Notes under the pieces: model-generated | The model's input: only the letters and a program-made list of their open reading frames with translations | Database searches by the model: none | Told to the model about the DNA's origin: nothing | Shown: positions 8,722-18,010 of the stretch, piece after piece | How the letters are laid out: each line of letters begins with the position of its first letter | Position numbering within the stretch: position 1 is the first letter of the stretch | NCBI GenBank assembly: GCA_052390255.1 | Contig: JBQTHC010000006.1 | Coordinates: 842 to 64,841 of the forward strand | Origin: Microthrixaceae bacterium | Lineage (GTDB): Bacteria > Actinomycetota > Acidimicrobiia > Acidimicrobiales > VFJN01 | Length of the DNA stretch: 64,000 bases | Direction of reading: 5' to 3' | Translations under genes and position numbers: made by a program

Positions 8722-9348
8722 CTAGCGGGCTGGCTCGGGCGCCAGGGCGTTGTAGTCGCCCCGCGTCACCGCGCCTTGCTGCTCCACGCCCTCGGCGTTC
8801 GGGGCCCGGTACGCGCGACCGTCCACCTTGAACCGCACCTGACGCACCGCATCGAGCTCGGTCACCGTCCACACGAGCTGCGCGAACGCGTTCGCGAGCT
8901 CCTCGCCCTGCACGTCGAACAGGGCGCCCGAGAGGTCCACGACGAGCTCGCGGCTCTCGGGCACGAGCTGGGTGTCGAGCAGCACGGTGTCGGTCGGGAT
9001 CGAGGTGATGAGCCCGAGCGCCTGTTCGTCAGGCGTCGCCGGCGCGAGGAGCGCGTTGATCCGGTCGGCCGGGCGGGACGCATCGGCGACGTCGCGCGAC
9101 ACGAGTGCCAGGCGGGTCACGTCACCTTGGCGCACCAGCATGTACACGGTGACCGCGGTGTTGGCGCCTGGGGCGGTGGTGCTCGTGGGCGGGTTGGGAT
9201 CGAGCAGGTCGGCGGGCAGGTCCGCGGCGTTGATCTCCTGCGGTCGGGAGTCCGCACGCACCCCGCACCCCGCTGCGATCGCGAGGAGCGCCAGCAGCAG
9301 CAGCCATCTCGCGACCGGGTGCGCGGCAGTGGTGCGGGCGTCGGTCAT
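8722..9348 (-). CDS. lpqB: small LpqB-like lipoprotein (GerMN-type domain)
   Basis: Signal peptide with lipobox LAIAAGC. It sits directly downstream of the sensor kinase with an ATGA stop/start overlap (9345-9348). It is only 208 aa. Confidence 0.6.
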   Translation of the reverse strand: MTDARTTAAHPVARWLLLLALLAIAAGCGVRADSRPQEINAADLPADLLDPNPPTSTTAPGANTAVTVYMLVRQGDVTRLALVSRDVADASRPADRINALLAPATPDEQALGLITSIPTDTVLLDTQLVPESRELVVDLSGALFDVQGEELANAFAQLVWTVTELDAVRQVRFKVDGRAYRAPNAEGVEQQGAVTRGDYNALAPEPAR

Positions 9349-10736
9349 TCGGTCTCCTCCACGGGAAGCTGCACCACGAAGCGGGCGCCGGGGTCACCGT
9401 CGCCGCGGCCCTCGACCCAGACGCGGCCCCCGTGCAGGTTGATGTGCTCGGCGACGAGCGCCAAGCCCAGGCCGACGCCATCGGAGGCGCCGCGCCGTCC
9501 CGCGATCGCCCCGCGGGAGAACCGATCGAAGATCAGCTGTCGATCGTCCTCTGGAACGCCCTGACCGCGGTCTTCGATCGCGATCTGCACGGCGCCGTCG
9601 ACGCCGCGCAGCGACACGCTCGTGGCGCCGCCTCCGTACTTGGCCGCGTTGTCGAGGAGGTTTGCGATCACGCGGACGATGCGGCGCTTGTCCGCTTGGA
9701 TGACCACGCCGGCGAGCTCAGCGTCGAGCTCTACGGGGACGTCGCTCTCCGTGGAGTGGCTGACCGCCTGCATCACCAGCTCCGCGAGATGGACCTCCTC
9801 GAGCTCGAGGTGCACGACGCCCGCGTCGAACCGCGAGATCTCCAGCAGGTCCTCGACGAGCTGCTGGAACCGGTCGATGTCCGCGACCATGAGGTCGAGG
9901 GCGGCACGCGCTCGATCCGGCAGCTCGTCTCTCTGGTTGTTCATGACCTCGATCGACGCGGCGAGCGTCATGAGCGGGGATCGGAGCTCATGGCTGACGT
10001 CGGATGCAAAGCGGCCGTCTCGCTCGATCCGATCCTGCAGCGTCTGGGCCATGTCGTTGAACGAGGAGGAGATGGGCCGGAGGTCGGGGTCCTCGCTGGC
10101 CTCGAGCCGGGTGTCGAGGCGGCCCGCTGCCAGCTCCATGGCTGCGGTCGAGACTCCGGTGAGGGGGCGCAGTGCGCGCCGGCTGGCCCACGCCCCGAGC
10201 GCAGCGCCGGCCAGCGTCGTGAGCAGGGACGCGCCGACCAGCGACACTCCGAGGGCTTCCAGGGTCGACTGGAGGTCGCCCAGCGAGATGATCTCGAAGT
10301 ACGCCGCATCCACGGACGGGATCGGGATCCCCACGGCGAGCTGCATCTCGCCCCGGAGGTCGTAGCGCATCCGCACGGCGCGACCTGCGAGCACGTCGTC
10401 GCGCACGCGCTGGGGGAGCGCGTCCTGCCCGAACTCGGGGGTGAGCGACACGAACTCCTGGTCGTAGTAGAGGATCGGGCGCGATCCGAGTGGGGTGGAC
10501 AGGGATCCGACGAGTGCCTGCTTGTCGGTCGCGGGGGTGATGCGCGTCTGCACGATCCGCGCGTTCTGGAACACGACGACCGTGGCCGCGCTCTCACGCT
10601 GGTTCAGCAGGTTCTCGCGTGTGAGGGCCCACGTCGTCGCGGACAGCAGCGCGGACAGGAGCAGCGCGCCGATCGCGAACGCGAGGGTGATGCGGGCACG
10701 GAGGCCGAGTCGACGAGTGAGCTTGGGGAGGCGCAC
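9345..10736 (-). CDS. mtrB: two-component sensor histidine kinase (MtrB-like)
   Basis: Two TM segments, a HAMP region, the H-box SHELRSPL, and the HATPase N and G boxes (NLLDNAAKYG, GLGLALV). Confidence 0.8.
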   Translation of the reverse strand: MRLPKLTRRLGLRARITLAFAIGALLLSALLSATTWALTRENLLNQRESAATVVVFQNARIVQTRITPATDKQALVGSLSTPLGSRPILYYDQEFVSLTPEFGQDALPQRVRDDVLAGRAVRMRYDLRGEMQLAVGIPIPSVDAAYFEIISLGDLQSTLEALGVSLVGASLLTTLAGAALGAWASRRALRPLTGVSTAAMELAAGRLDTRLEASEDPDLRPISSSFNDMAQTLQDRIERDGRFASDVSHELRSPLMTLAASIEVMNNQRDELPDRARAALDLMVADIDRFQQLVEDLLEISRFDAGVVHLELEEVHLAELVMQAVSHSTESDVPVELDAELAGVVIQADKRRIVRVIANLLDNAAKYGGGATSVSLRGVDGAVQIAIEDRGQGVPEDDRQLIFDRFSRGAIAGRRGASDGVGLGLALVAEHINLHGGRVWVEGRGDGDPGARFVVQLPVEETE

Positions 10737-10748
10737 GACGAACGGGCG

Positions 10749-11447
10749 TCAGACCTGGAGCTTGTAGCCCAGCCCCCGGACGGTGACGACGTGGCGCGGG
10801 TTCGCAGGATCCGCTTCCACCTTCGTGCGCAGACGACGGACGTGGACGTCGACGAGTCGCCCATCACCGAAGTACCCGTGCTCCCAGATCCGCTCGAGAA
10901 GCACCTCGCGGCTGAAGACTCGGCCGGGGCTCTGTGCGAGCTCGACGAGCACTCGGAACTCCGTCTTCGTGAGGTGCACGTCGCGACCGTTGCGTCGCAC
11001 CACCCCCTCCTCGGGGACGATCTCCAGGTCGCCGAAGCGGAGGTGTGGCGAGCTGACCTCGGAGGTGCGAGCTCGTCGGAGGAGGGCCCGGATCCGTGCC
11101 GAGAGCTCCTTCGGTGCGAACGGCTTGGTGAGGTAGTCGTCGGCGCCGGCCTCGAGACCCGCCACGACGTCATGCGTGTCGTCGCGGGCGGTGACCATGA
11201 CGATGGGTACGTCGGAGCTGCGGCGGATCGCTCGGCACACCTCGAAGCCGTCGATGTCCGGGAGCATGATGTCGATCAGGACGACGTCTGCGGGTTGCTG
11301 CTGGAACTGGGCGAGGGCGTCCTCGCCGTTGGCGGCCTCGGCCACCGTCCAGCCCTCGTCTTCGAGCGCGAGCTTCACCGCGGTGCGGATTCGCTCGTCG
11401 TCCTCCACGGCCAGGATGCGGGTTCCCACCCCTTCAGCCTGCCTCAT
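10749..11447 (-). CDS. mtrA: OmpR-family response regulator (MtrA-like)
   Basis: Receiver domain ILAVEDDERIR...VVLIDIMLPDIDG plus a winged-helix domain ending VTVRGLGYKL. The start is placed at ATG 11447, with GTG 11429 as an alternative. Confidence 0.85.
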   Translation of the reverse strand: MRQAEGVGTRILAVEDDERIRTAVKLALEDEGWTVAEAANGEDALAQFQQQPADVVLIDIMLPDIDGFEVCRAIRRSSDVPIVMVTARDDTHDVVAGLEAGADDYLTKPFAPKELSARIRALLRRARTSEVSSPHLRFGDLEIVPEEGVVRRNGRDVHLTKTEFRVLVELAQSPGRVFSREVLLERIWEHGYFGDGRLVDVHVRRLRTKVEADPANPRHVVTVRGLGYKLQV

Positions 11448-11491
11448 CGCGTGGGTCGGCGCGGCACAAGGGCCCGCGGCACCGTCCCTCC

Positions 11492-11794
11492 TCAGGCGTA
11501 GGCGGCGAGAAGCGCGTCGCGACCGGGGCCGCGTCCGGTGCGGTAGTGCAGCCCGTCGGGTAGGTCTCGACAGATCGTGCGGCACTCGACCAGGGCCCGA
11601 GCGCCCTCGAGCGACCAGGAGGAGAGGGAACGGAGGTCGATGTCGACCCGTTGCGCTCGACTCGCCACGGCGGAGGTGACGGCGTCGATCAGGACGCGAC
11701 CGACGAGCGAGTCGAGGCAGTCGGAGAGCTCGACGACCACGGCGTCAGCGTCGGCGTGCACGGTCACGGGCGTTCGTCGGGCGGCGACGGGCAT
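11492..11794 (-). CDS. hypothetical protein, possibly STAS-like
   Basis: 100-aa ORF from ATG 11794, on the same strand and upstream of mtrA. The pattern VVVELSDCLDSLVG...RVDIDLRSLSSWSLEGARALVE is reminiscent of anti-sigma antagonist folds. The similarity is weak. Confidence 0.35.
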   Translation of the reverse strand: MPVAARRTPVTVHADADAVVVELSDCLDSLVGRVLIDAVTSAVASRAQRVDIDLRSLSSWSLEGARALVECRTICRDLPDGLHYRTGRGPGRDALLAAYA

Positions 11795-11915
11795 GGCGGC
11801 AGCCTGCACGATGTTCGGGACGGTCTGGTGGCGGTCCCGTTGCAATACCGTTACAGATCGCTCGATTCCCCGGAAGTGCCTCCGCTGGGTCTCGGTCCGT
11901 CGCGTCAGGAACCGT

Positions 11916-12710
11916 TCAGGAGTCGCCCGCTCCCGCCGCCAGGAGGAGCCCGAGGAGGTCGGCCGCGATGCCCGGCGCCGCCGCCACGACGGATCCGGCT
12001 CTGGCTGGACCACCCTCGATGGCGGTCACGACCGCGCCTGACTCGGCCGCGATCAGACCGCCGGCCGCGAGGTCCCACGGCGCGAGCCCGCGCTCGAAGT
12101 ACGCGTCGACGCGACCGCAGGCGACCGCGCAGAGGTCGAGCGCCGCCGCCCCGAAGCGCCGGATGTCACGCACTCGCGGGAGCACCTCCGCGAGCACGGT
12201 CGCCTGCCGGGCGCGTTGTGTCGCGTCGTAGGAGAAGCCGGTGGCGAGAAGCGCAAGCGCGAGCTCGGTGGCAGCGGACGACGTGATCGCTCGGCCGTCG
12301 CGCGTCGCGCCGCCGCCGAGCGTGGCCGCGAACAGCTCGTCGCGGACGACATCGAGGACCACGCCTGCCACCACCGCGCCGTCGTGCTCCGCGGCGATGG
12401 AGACACCGAAGCCGGCGAGGCCGTAGAGATAGTTCGTGGTGCCGTCGAGCGGGTCGATGATCCAACGCACGCCGCTCGTACCGGCGATGTCAGTTCCCTC
12501 CTCGCCGAGCAGTCCGTCGTCCGGTCGGGACCCGAGCAGGCGATCGACGATGCAGCGCTCGGACGCGTGGTCCATCTCCGAGACCAGGTCTGTGCCGGTG
12601 GACTTGGTCCGCACGCTGGTCCGCACGTCGTCGATGCCGGCCAGGAGCAGCGCCCCCGCCTCGCGAGCGGCGGCTTCCGCGAGGACGCGCAGCGCCACCG
12701 GATCTTCCAT
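11916..12710 (-). CDS. inositol monophosphatase-family protein
   Basis: LGEEG and WIIDPLDGTTNY motifs. 264 aa from ATG 12710. The 5' part of ORF 11916..13421 is a shadow of ltaE. Confidence 0.85.
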   Translation of the reverse strand: MEDPVALRVLAEAAAREAGALLLAGIDDVRTSVRTKSTGTDLVSEMDHASERCIVDRLLGSRPDDGLLGEEGTDIAGTSGVRWIIDPLDGTTNYLYGLAGFGVSIAAEHDGAVVAGVVLDVVRDELFAATLGGGATRDGRAITSSAATELALALLATGFSYDATQRARQATVLAEVLPRVRDIRRFGAAALDLCAVACGRVDAYFERGLAPWDLAAGGLIAAESGAVVTAIEGGPARAGSVVAAAPGIAADLLGLLLAAGAGDS

Positions 12711-12744
12711 CGGGCGCGAACCTAGGTCACGTAGGGTCGAGCGC

Positions 12745-13758
12745 ATGGCGGATCCCCAGGGTCGAGTCGACCTCCGAAGCGACACGGTCACGCGACCGAC
12801 GCCAGACATGCGACGGGCGATGGCTGCGGCGGAGGTGGGCGACGACGGCTTCGGGGACGACCCCACCCTCAACCGGCTCCAGGACCGATTCGCGGAGCTC
12901 GTCGGCAAGGAGGCGTCGCTGTTCGTGCCCTCGGGCACGATGGCAAACCAGATCGCCCTGCGGGTGCTCGGCCGGCCGGGGACGATCGTGTTCGCGGGCC
13001 GGCGCCAGCACCTGGTCGTGCGTGAGATGGCGGCCGCCGGTCCGAACGCGGCCTCCCAGACCGTCACGCTCGACGATGCCGACGGCACGATCGACCCCGC
13101 CGAGGTGGAGCGCTGGTTGCTCGACGAGCGCGACGGTTGGGCACGACCCTCGGCGGTGTTCGTCGAAGACACGCACGGCGAGGTCGGCGGGCGCGTGTGG
13201 CCGATCGAACGTCTGCAGGCGCTGTACGACCTCGATCTGCCCGTGCACCTCGACGGCGCCCGCCTGTGGAACGCGGCGGTCGCGTCTGGCACGTCGGTGG
13301 CGGCACGAGCCGCCGGAGCCACCACGGTCACGTGCTGCCTGTCGAAGGGGCTCGGGGCGCCGATCGGCTCCCTGCTCGCGGGCCCTGCTGCGCTCATCGC
13401 GAGAGCACGCGACGAGCGCAAGCGGCTGGGCGGGATGATGCGGCAGGCCGGCGTGCTCGCAGCGGCGGGTCATGTGGCGCTCGATCGGGTGAGCCGCCTC
13501 GCCGACGACCACCTCAGCGCGCAGCGTCTCGCCCTGGCGGCGCAGGCTCGATGGCCAGGATCCGTGGATCCGGCCGAGGTGCACACCAACATCGTGCTCG
13601 TGGAGCACGCGGCGCCTGATCAGCTCGTCGCACATCTCGCGAGCGCCGGTGTGCTGGCCCTGTCGAGCAGCGCCACAGCGGTGCGCATGGTGACCCACGC
13701 CGACGTGGACGAAGCGGACATCGATCGCGCGGTCATCGCGCTGGGTGACGCACCGTGA
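12745..13758 (+). CDS. ltaE: low-specificity threonine aldolase
   Basis: DLRSDTVTRPT, GDDGFGDDPT, and CLSKGLGAPIGS (PLP lysine). The start is ATG 12745. Confidence 0.8.
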   Translation: MADPQGRVDLRSDTVTRPTPDMRRAMAAAEVGDDGFGDDPTLNRLQDRFAELVGKEASLFVPSGTMANQIALRVLGRPGTIVFAGRRQHLVVREMAAAGPNAASQTVTLDDADGTIDPAEVERWLLDERDGWARPSAVFVEDTHGEVGGRVWPIERLQALYDLDLPVHLDGARLWNAAVASGTSVAARAAGATTVTCCLSKGLGAPIGSLLAGPAALIARARDERKRLGGMMRQAGVLAAAGHVALDRVSRLADDHLSAQRLALAAQARWPGSVDPAEVHTNIVLVEHAAPDQLVAHLASAGVLALSSSATAVRMVTHADVDEADIDRAVIALGDAP

Positions 13759-14456
13759 TCGAGGCGCAGACACCTGGACGAGCGCTCGCGATCTATGCGC
13801 ACCCGGACGACCCGGAGGTGAGCTGCGGTGGCACGCTCGCGCGGTGGGCGGCGGCGGGCTCGGAGGTGCACCTGGTCGTCGCGAACCGCGGGGAGAAGGG
13901 GAGCGCGGACCCCACGACGGACCCAGACGCCCTCGCGACGCACCGCGCCGACGAGGTGGCACGCGCCGCGGAGGTGCTCGGCGTGGCGCACGTCGAGCAC
14001 CTGGGCCATCCCGACGGTGAGCTCGAGAACGATGCGGCACTGCGCGCGCACCTCGTGACGATCATCCGTCGCGTCCGTCCGGATGTGGTGGTGGCGCCCG
14101 ACCCCACCGCAGTGTTCTTCGGCGCGAGCTATGTGAACCACCGCGACCACCGCGAGCTCGGCTGGGCGGTGCTCGATTCGCTGGTTCCTGCCGCGAGCCC
14201 GCTGTACGTGCCCGATGCCGGAGCCGCACACCAGGTGGGTCTCGTGCTGCTCTCGGGAACGCTCGAGGCCGACGCGTGGGTGGACATCTCGAGCGTGCTG
14301 GATCGCAAGGTCGCGGCGGTCGCATGCCACGAGAGCCGTCTGGGTGGCGATCCCGACGTGGTCGCCGGCCTGCTCGAGCGGCGCGCAGCCGAAGAGGGGC
14401 AACGTTCGGGGCTCGCGCACGCCGAGGGCTTCCGCCGGCTCCGCTTCGCGGGCTGA
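13755..14456 (+). CDS. PIG-L/LmbE-family deacetylase
   Basis: IYAHPDDPEVSCGG zinc motif. The GTG start overlaps the ltaE stop (GTGA at 13755-13758). Confidence 0.8.
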   Translation: MIEAQTPGRALAIYAHPDDPEVSCGGTLARWAAAGSEVHLVVANRGEKGSADPTTDPDALATHRADEVARAAEVLGVAHVEHLGHPDGELENDAALRAHLVTIIRRVRPDVVVAPDPTAVFFGASYVNHRDHRELGWAVLDSLVPAASPLYVPDAGAAHQVGLVLLSGTLEADAWVDISSVLDRKVAAVACHESRLGGDPDVVAGLLERRAAEEGQRSGLAHAEGFRRLRFAG

Positions 14457-14463
14457 ACCCCCG

Positions 14464-14745
14464 TCAGTCCTCCTGGTCGCGGTGCTGGATCGTGCGCCAC
14501 TCGCCCATGGCCCGCAGTGCGAGCACGGCCACCACACCCACACCGACGGCGCCGACCACGGCACCCACCACTCCGAACCCACCCGTCACGGTCGTGCAGT
14601 CGCCGGTGCACTGGAGGTCCGCGTAGCCGTAGCCGATGAGCCCCCCGAAGAGGCCACCGAGGAGGATGGCCACGAACGCGAGGATGCGGGCTCCCAGCGG
14701 CGGCAGCGAGGTGGGCGTGTAGTCGGAAGGCCGCTCTTCGTCCAT
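14464..14745 (-). CDS. small membrane protein (two predicted TM segments)
   Basis: 93 aa with Gly/Val/Ala-rich hydrophobic stretches. Third-codon GC is high. A TANNNT hexamer lies 8 nt upstream of the ATG. Confidence 0.5.
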   Translation of the reverse strand: MDEERPSDYTPTSLPPLGARILAFVAILLGGLFGGLIGYGYADLQCTGDCTTVTGGFGVVGAVVGAVGVGVVAVLALRAMGEWRTIQHRDQED

Positions 14746-14812
14746 CCCCAGTCAGCGTAGGGACCGGCATCAGGTTGGGGCGACCTGGGGCGACCCCATA
14801 GCGTGACGGCCC

Positions 14813-15751
14813 GTGACCGACGAGGCCTGGCCCGGCTATCGCACGTTCGACCGCGTCGAATGGGCTCGGCTGCGGGACAACACGCCGCTCTCGCTCGCCG
14901 CGCAGGACCTCGCCGCGCTGCGTGGCCTCAACGAGCGCCTCGACCTCGACGAGGTGACCGACGTCTACCTCCCGCTGTCGCGCCTCCTGAACCTGCGCGT
15001 CGCGGCAACGCAGGAGCTCGTCCGGACGACCGACACGTTCCTCGGTCGACCGGTCCAGCGCGTGCCGTTCATCATCGGGCTCGGCGGCAGCGTCGCAGTT
15101 GGCAAGAGCACGACGGCCCGCGTGCTTCAAGCGCTGCTCGCGCGCTGGCCGGATCATCCCCGCGTCGATCTGGTCACCACCGACGGCTTCCTGCGCCCGA
15201 ACCGCGTGCTCGACGAGCGCGGCATCATGGATCGCAAGGGCTTTCCGGAGAGCTACGACGTGCGGCGGCTGATCCGGTTCCTCGAGGAGGTGAAGCGCGG
15301 CGAGCCCGAGGTGCGGGCGCCCGTCTACTCCCATGTGGTCTACGACATCGTCGAGGGTGAGGAGCAGGTGCTCCGGCAACCGGACATCGTGATCATCGAG
15401 GGGTTGAACGTCCTCCAGACCGGCGTCGCCGCCGGACACGAAGCGCGCTTCGTGTCGGACTGGTTCGACTTCTCGTTGTACGTCGACGCCGACGAGGCGG
15501 ACATCGAGCGCTGGTACGTCGAGCGGTTCTTCGCACTGCGCGAGACGGCCTTCAACGACGAGACATCGTTCTTCCGTCACTTCGCGGCGCTGTCGGACGC
15601 GGAGCTCCAGTCCACCGCGCAGAGCATCTGGGCCTCGATCAACCGACCCAACCTGCGCCTCAACATCCTCCCGAGCCGGTCCAGAGCCGATCTCATCTTG
15701 GACAAGGGTCCGGATCACGAGGTCCGGCGGGTGCGGCTGCGCCTCCGCTGA
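14813..15751 (+). CDS. coaA: type I pantothenate kinase
   Basis: P-loop [18 protein letters not shown]. Similarity to E. coli CoaA runs almost full length ([23 protein letters not shown]). Confidence 0.95.
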   Translation: MTDEAWPGYRTFDRVEWARLRDNTPLSLAAQDLAALRGLNERLDLDEVTDVYLPLSRLLNLRVAATQELVRTTDTFLGRPVQRVPFIIGLGGSVAVGKSTTARVLQALLARWPDHPRVDLVTTDGFLRPNRVLDERGIMDRKGFPESYDVRRLIRFLEEVKRGEPEVRAPVYSHVVYDIVEGEEQVLRQPDIVIIEGLNVLQTGVAAGHEARFVSDWFDFSLYVDADEADIERWYVERFFALRETAFNDETSFFRHFAALSDAELQSTAQSIWASINRPNLRLNILPSRSRADLILDKGPDHEVRRVRLRLR

Positions 15752-15784
15752 CTTGCTGTCAGCGCGCTGCGCGAGGATGGCCGC

Positions 15785-16282
15785 ATGCGTGACTGGGTCG
15801 TCGGCGGAGCGCTCATCCTGAGCGACGAGGGCGTGCTCCTCGTGCGGAACCGGCGCCGCAACGGCAGCCACGACTGGACCCCCCCGGGCGGGGTGATCGA
15901 CGAAGGCGAGACACTGATCGACGGCCTCACGAGGGAGGTGCGCGAGGAGACGGGCTTGCGGGTCACCGCGTGGGGTGGACCCGTCTACGAGGTCCACTGC
16001 GAGGCGCCCGACCTGGGATGGCGGTTGCGCGTCGAGGCGCACCTCGCGCTCGCGTACGAAGGCGAGCTGCACGTCGACGACCCCGACGGCATCGTGGTCG
16101 ACGCGCGCTTCGTCGACGTCGACGCATGCGGAGGTCTCGTCGACGGGGGCCACCCGTGGGTGTGTGAGCCGCTCGGCGAGTGGCTGGTCGAGCGGTGGGA
16201 CCACGCGCACACCCGGCCCTACGGGTTCCACGTGGCCGGGACCAACCCACGCGCGCTGGTCATCACCCGAGCCGAGTCGTGA
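15785..16282 (+). CDS. NUDIX hydrolase
   Basis: Nudix box GGVIDEGETLIDGLTREVREETGL. GAGGA lies 7 nt upstream of the ATG. Confidence 0.85.
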   Translation: MRDWVVGGALILSDEGVLLVRNRRRNGSHDWTPPGGVIDEGETLIDGLTREVREETGLRVTAWGGPVYEVHCEAPDLGWRLRVEAHLALAYEGELHVDDPDGIVVDARFVDVDACGGLVDGGHPWVCEPLGEWLVERWDHAHTRPYGFHVAGTNPRALVITRAES

Positions 16283-17541
16283 GCGGGCGCGACGACCGCA
16301 CGATCCTGCACGTCGACATGGACGCGTTCTACGCGTCGGTCGAGCAACGGCGGCATCCTGAGCTCCGAGGGCGACCGGTCGTCGTCGGCGCGTCAGGACC
16401 GCGAGGTGTGGTCGCGGCTGCGAGCTACGAGGCCCGGGTGTTCGGCATCCACTCCGCGATGTCCTCGGTGCAGGCGCAACGCCTCTGCCCGCACGCGGTG
16501 TTCGTCGGTGGAGACCACGATCACTACGCGGAGGTCAGCAAGGCGATCATGGCGATCTTCCACTCGTTCACTCCGCTGGTCGAGGCGCTGTCACTGGACG
16601 AAGCGTTCCTTGACGTCACGGGCGCGCGCCGGCTCCACGGCGACGGTCCCACGATCGCTGCGGCGATCCGCTCGCGCGTGCTCGAGCAGGAGGAGCTGAC
16701 CTGCTCCGTCGGGGTCGCGCCGTCGAAGTTCGTGGCGAAGCTCGCGTCGGAGGCAGCGAAGCCGATCATCGGCGCTCGCGGGCCGGAGCCAGGGCTCGGC
16801 GTCAAGGTGGTCGAACCGCACGAGGTGCTCGCGTTCCTGCACCCGCTCCCGGTGCAAGCGCTCTGGGGGGTCGGACCCAAGACGCTCGAGAAGCTCCACC
16901 GGATGGGCGTCGACACGGTCGGGGAGCTCGCGTCGGTCCCGGAGCGCGATGCCGTGGCCGCACTCGGTGCCGCGAACGGCGCGCACCTGCGTCGCCTCGC
17001 GCAGGGCATCGACGACCGCGACGTCGTTCCGGTGCATCGACCGAAGTCGATCGGTCACGAGGAGACCTTCGCGCTCGACCACCATCGGATGGAGAGCCTC
17101 CAGCGCGAGCTCGTCCGACTGGGCGACTCGGTGGCGGGCCGCCTCCGTGCGGCGAACGTGGCCGGTCGCACGATCTCGATCAAGGTGCGCTTCCACGACT
17201 TCCGCACGATCACGCGATCCGTCACGCTCCCCTCGGCCGTCGACACCGGCCCCGATGTGGTGCGGGCCGCCTCCCAGCTCCTCGAGCGGATCGACCCCAC
17301 GCCCGGGGTCAGGCTCCTCGGGATCCACGCCAGCCAGCTGGTGGACGGCGCTGCACGACAGCTCAGCCTCGACGACCTCGAATCGCCGTCCTGGGACGAC
17401 GCCACCGGCGCCATCGACGCGATTCGGGCTCGCTACGGCGACGACGCGATCGTGCCGGCTTCGCTCACCGGGCCAACGGGGATCCGGGTCAAGCGTCGAG
17501 GCGACCAGCAGTGGGGTCCGACCGATCTCGGCCGGCCCTAG
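16279..17541 (+). CDS. dinB: DNA polymerase IV (Y-family)
   Basis: ILHVDMDAFYASVEQ and SLDEAFLDVTG motifs. GTG 16279 overlaps the NUDIX stop (GTGA). Confidence 0.9.
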   Translation: MSGRDDRTILHVDMDAFYASVEQRRHPELRGRPVVVGASGPRGVVAAASYEARVFGIHSAMSSVQAQRLCPHAVFVGGDHDHYAEVSKAIMAIFHSFTPLVEALSLDEAFLDVTGARRLHGDGPTIAAAIRSRVLEQEELTCSVGVAPSKFVAKLASEAAKPIIGARGPEPGLGVKVVEPHEVLAFLHPLPVQALWGVGPKTLEKLHRMGVDTVGELASVPERDAVAALGAANGAHLRRLAQGIDDRDVVPVHRPKSIGHEETFALDHHRMESLQRELVRLGDSVAGRLRAANVAGRTISIKVRFHDFRTITRSVTLPSAVDTGPDVVRAASQLLERIDPTPGVRLLGIHASQLVDGAARQLSLDDLESPSWDDATGAIDAIRARYGDDAIVPASLTGPTGIRVKRRGDQQWGPTDLGRP

Positions 17542-17626
17542 CAGCGGCCGCAGGCGGCCCAGCGCGTTGTCGAGGGCCATGCCCTGTGGGAAGATGGCAC
17601 TGTCCCGGGCAGAGGGGAAGGCATCG

Positions 17627-18010
17627 GTGCCGCTTTCCGAAGACGAAGAACGAATCCTCAGCGAGATCGCTCAGCAGTTCTACGCGGACGACCCTGAGTT
17701 CGCCCGCGAGGTCGGTGAGACCACGCTGTACACGCACACGGTTCGGCGCATGAAGTGGTCGGGCCTCGGGTTCGTCCTGGGCGTGGGGTTCCTCATCGCA
17801 GCCCTGTCCACGAGCTATCTGCTCGCGTTCGGCGGCTTCCTCCTGATGTTGGGGTGCGCGCTCTACTTCGAGCGCAACCTCCGCAAGCTCGGCAAGGCGG
17901 GGCTCGAGCAGATCACCAGCACGATGCGCGCCGCAGGGCTCCGCGACGCGATCGGCGGCGCCAAGGGCAAGATGCGCGACCGCTTCAAGCGTCCCGGTAC
18001 CGGCGACTAG
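17627..18010 (+). CDS. DUF3040-like small membrane protein
   Basis: PLSEDEERILSEIAQQFYADDPEF N-terminus plus two TM segments. GAGGGGAAGG precedes GTG 17627, with ATG 17594 as an alternative. Confidence 0.7.
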   Translation: MPLSEDEERILSEIAQQFYADDPEFAREVGETTLYTHTVRRMKWSGLGFVLGVGFLIAALSTSYLLAFGGFLLMLGCALYFERNLRKLGKAGLEQITSTMRAAGLRDAIGGAKGKMRDRFKRPGTGD

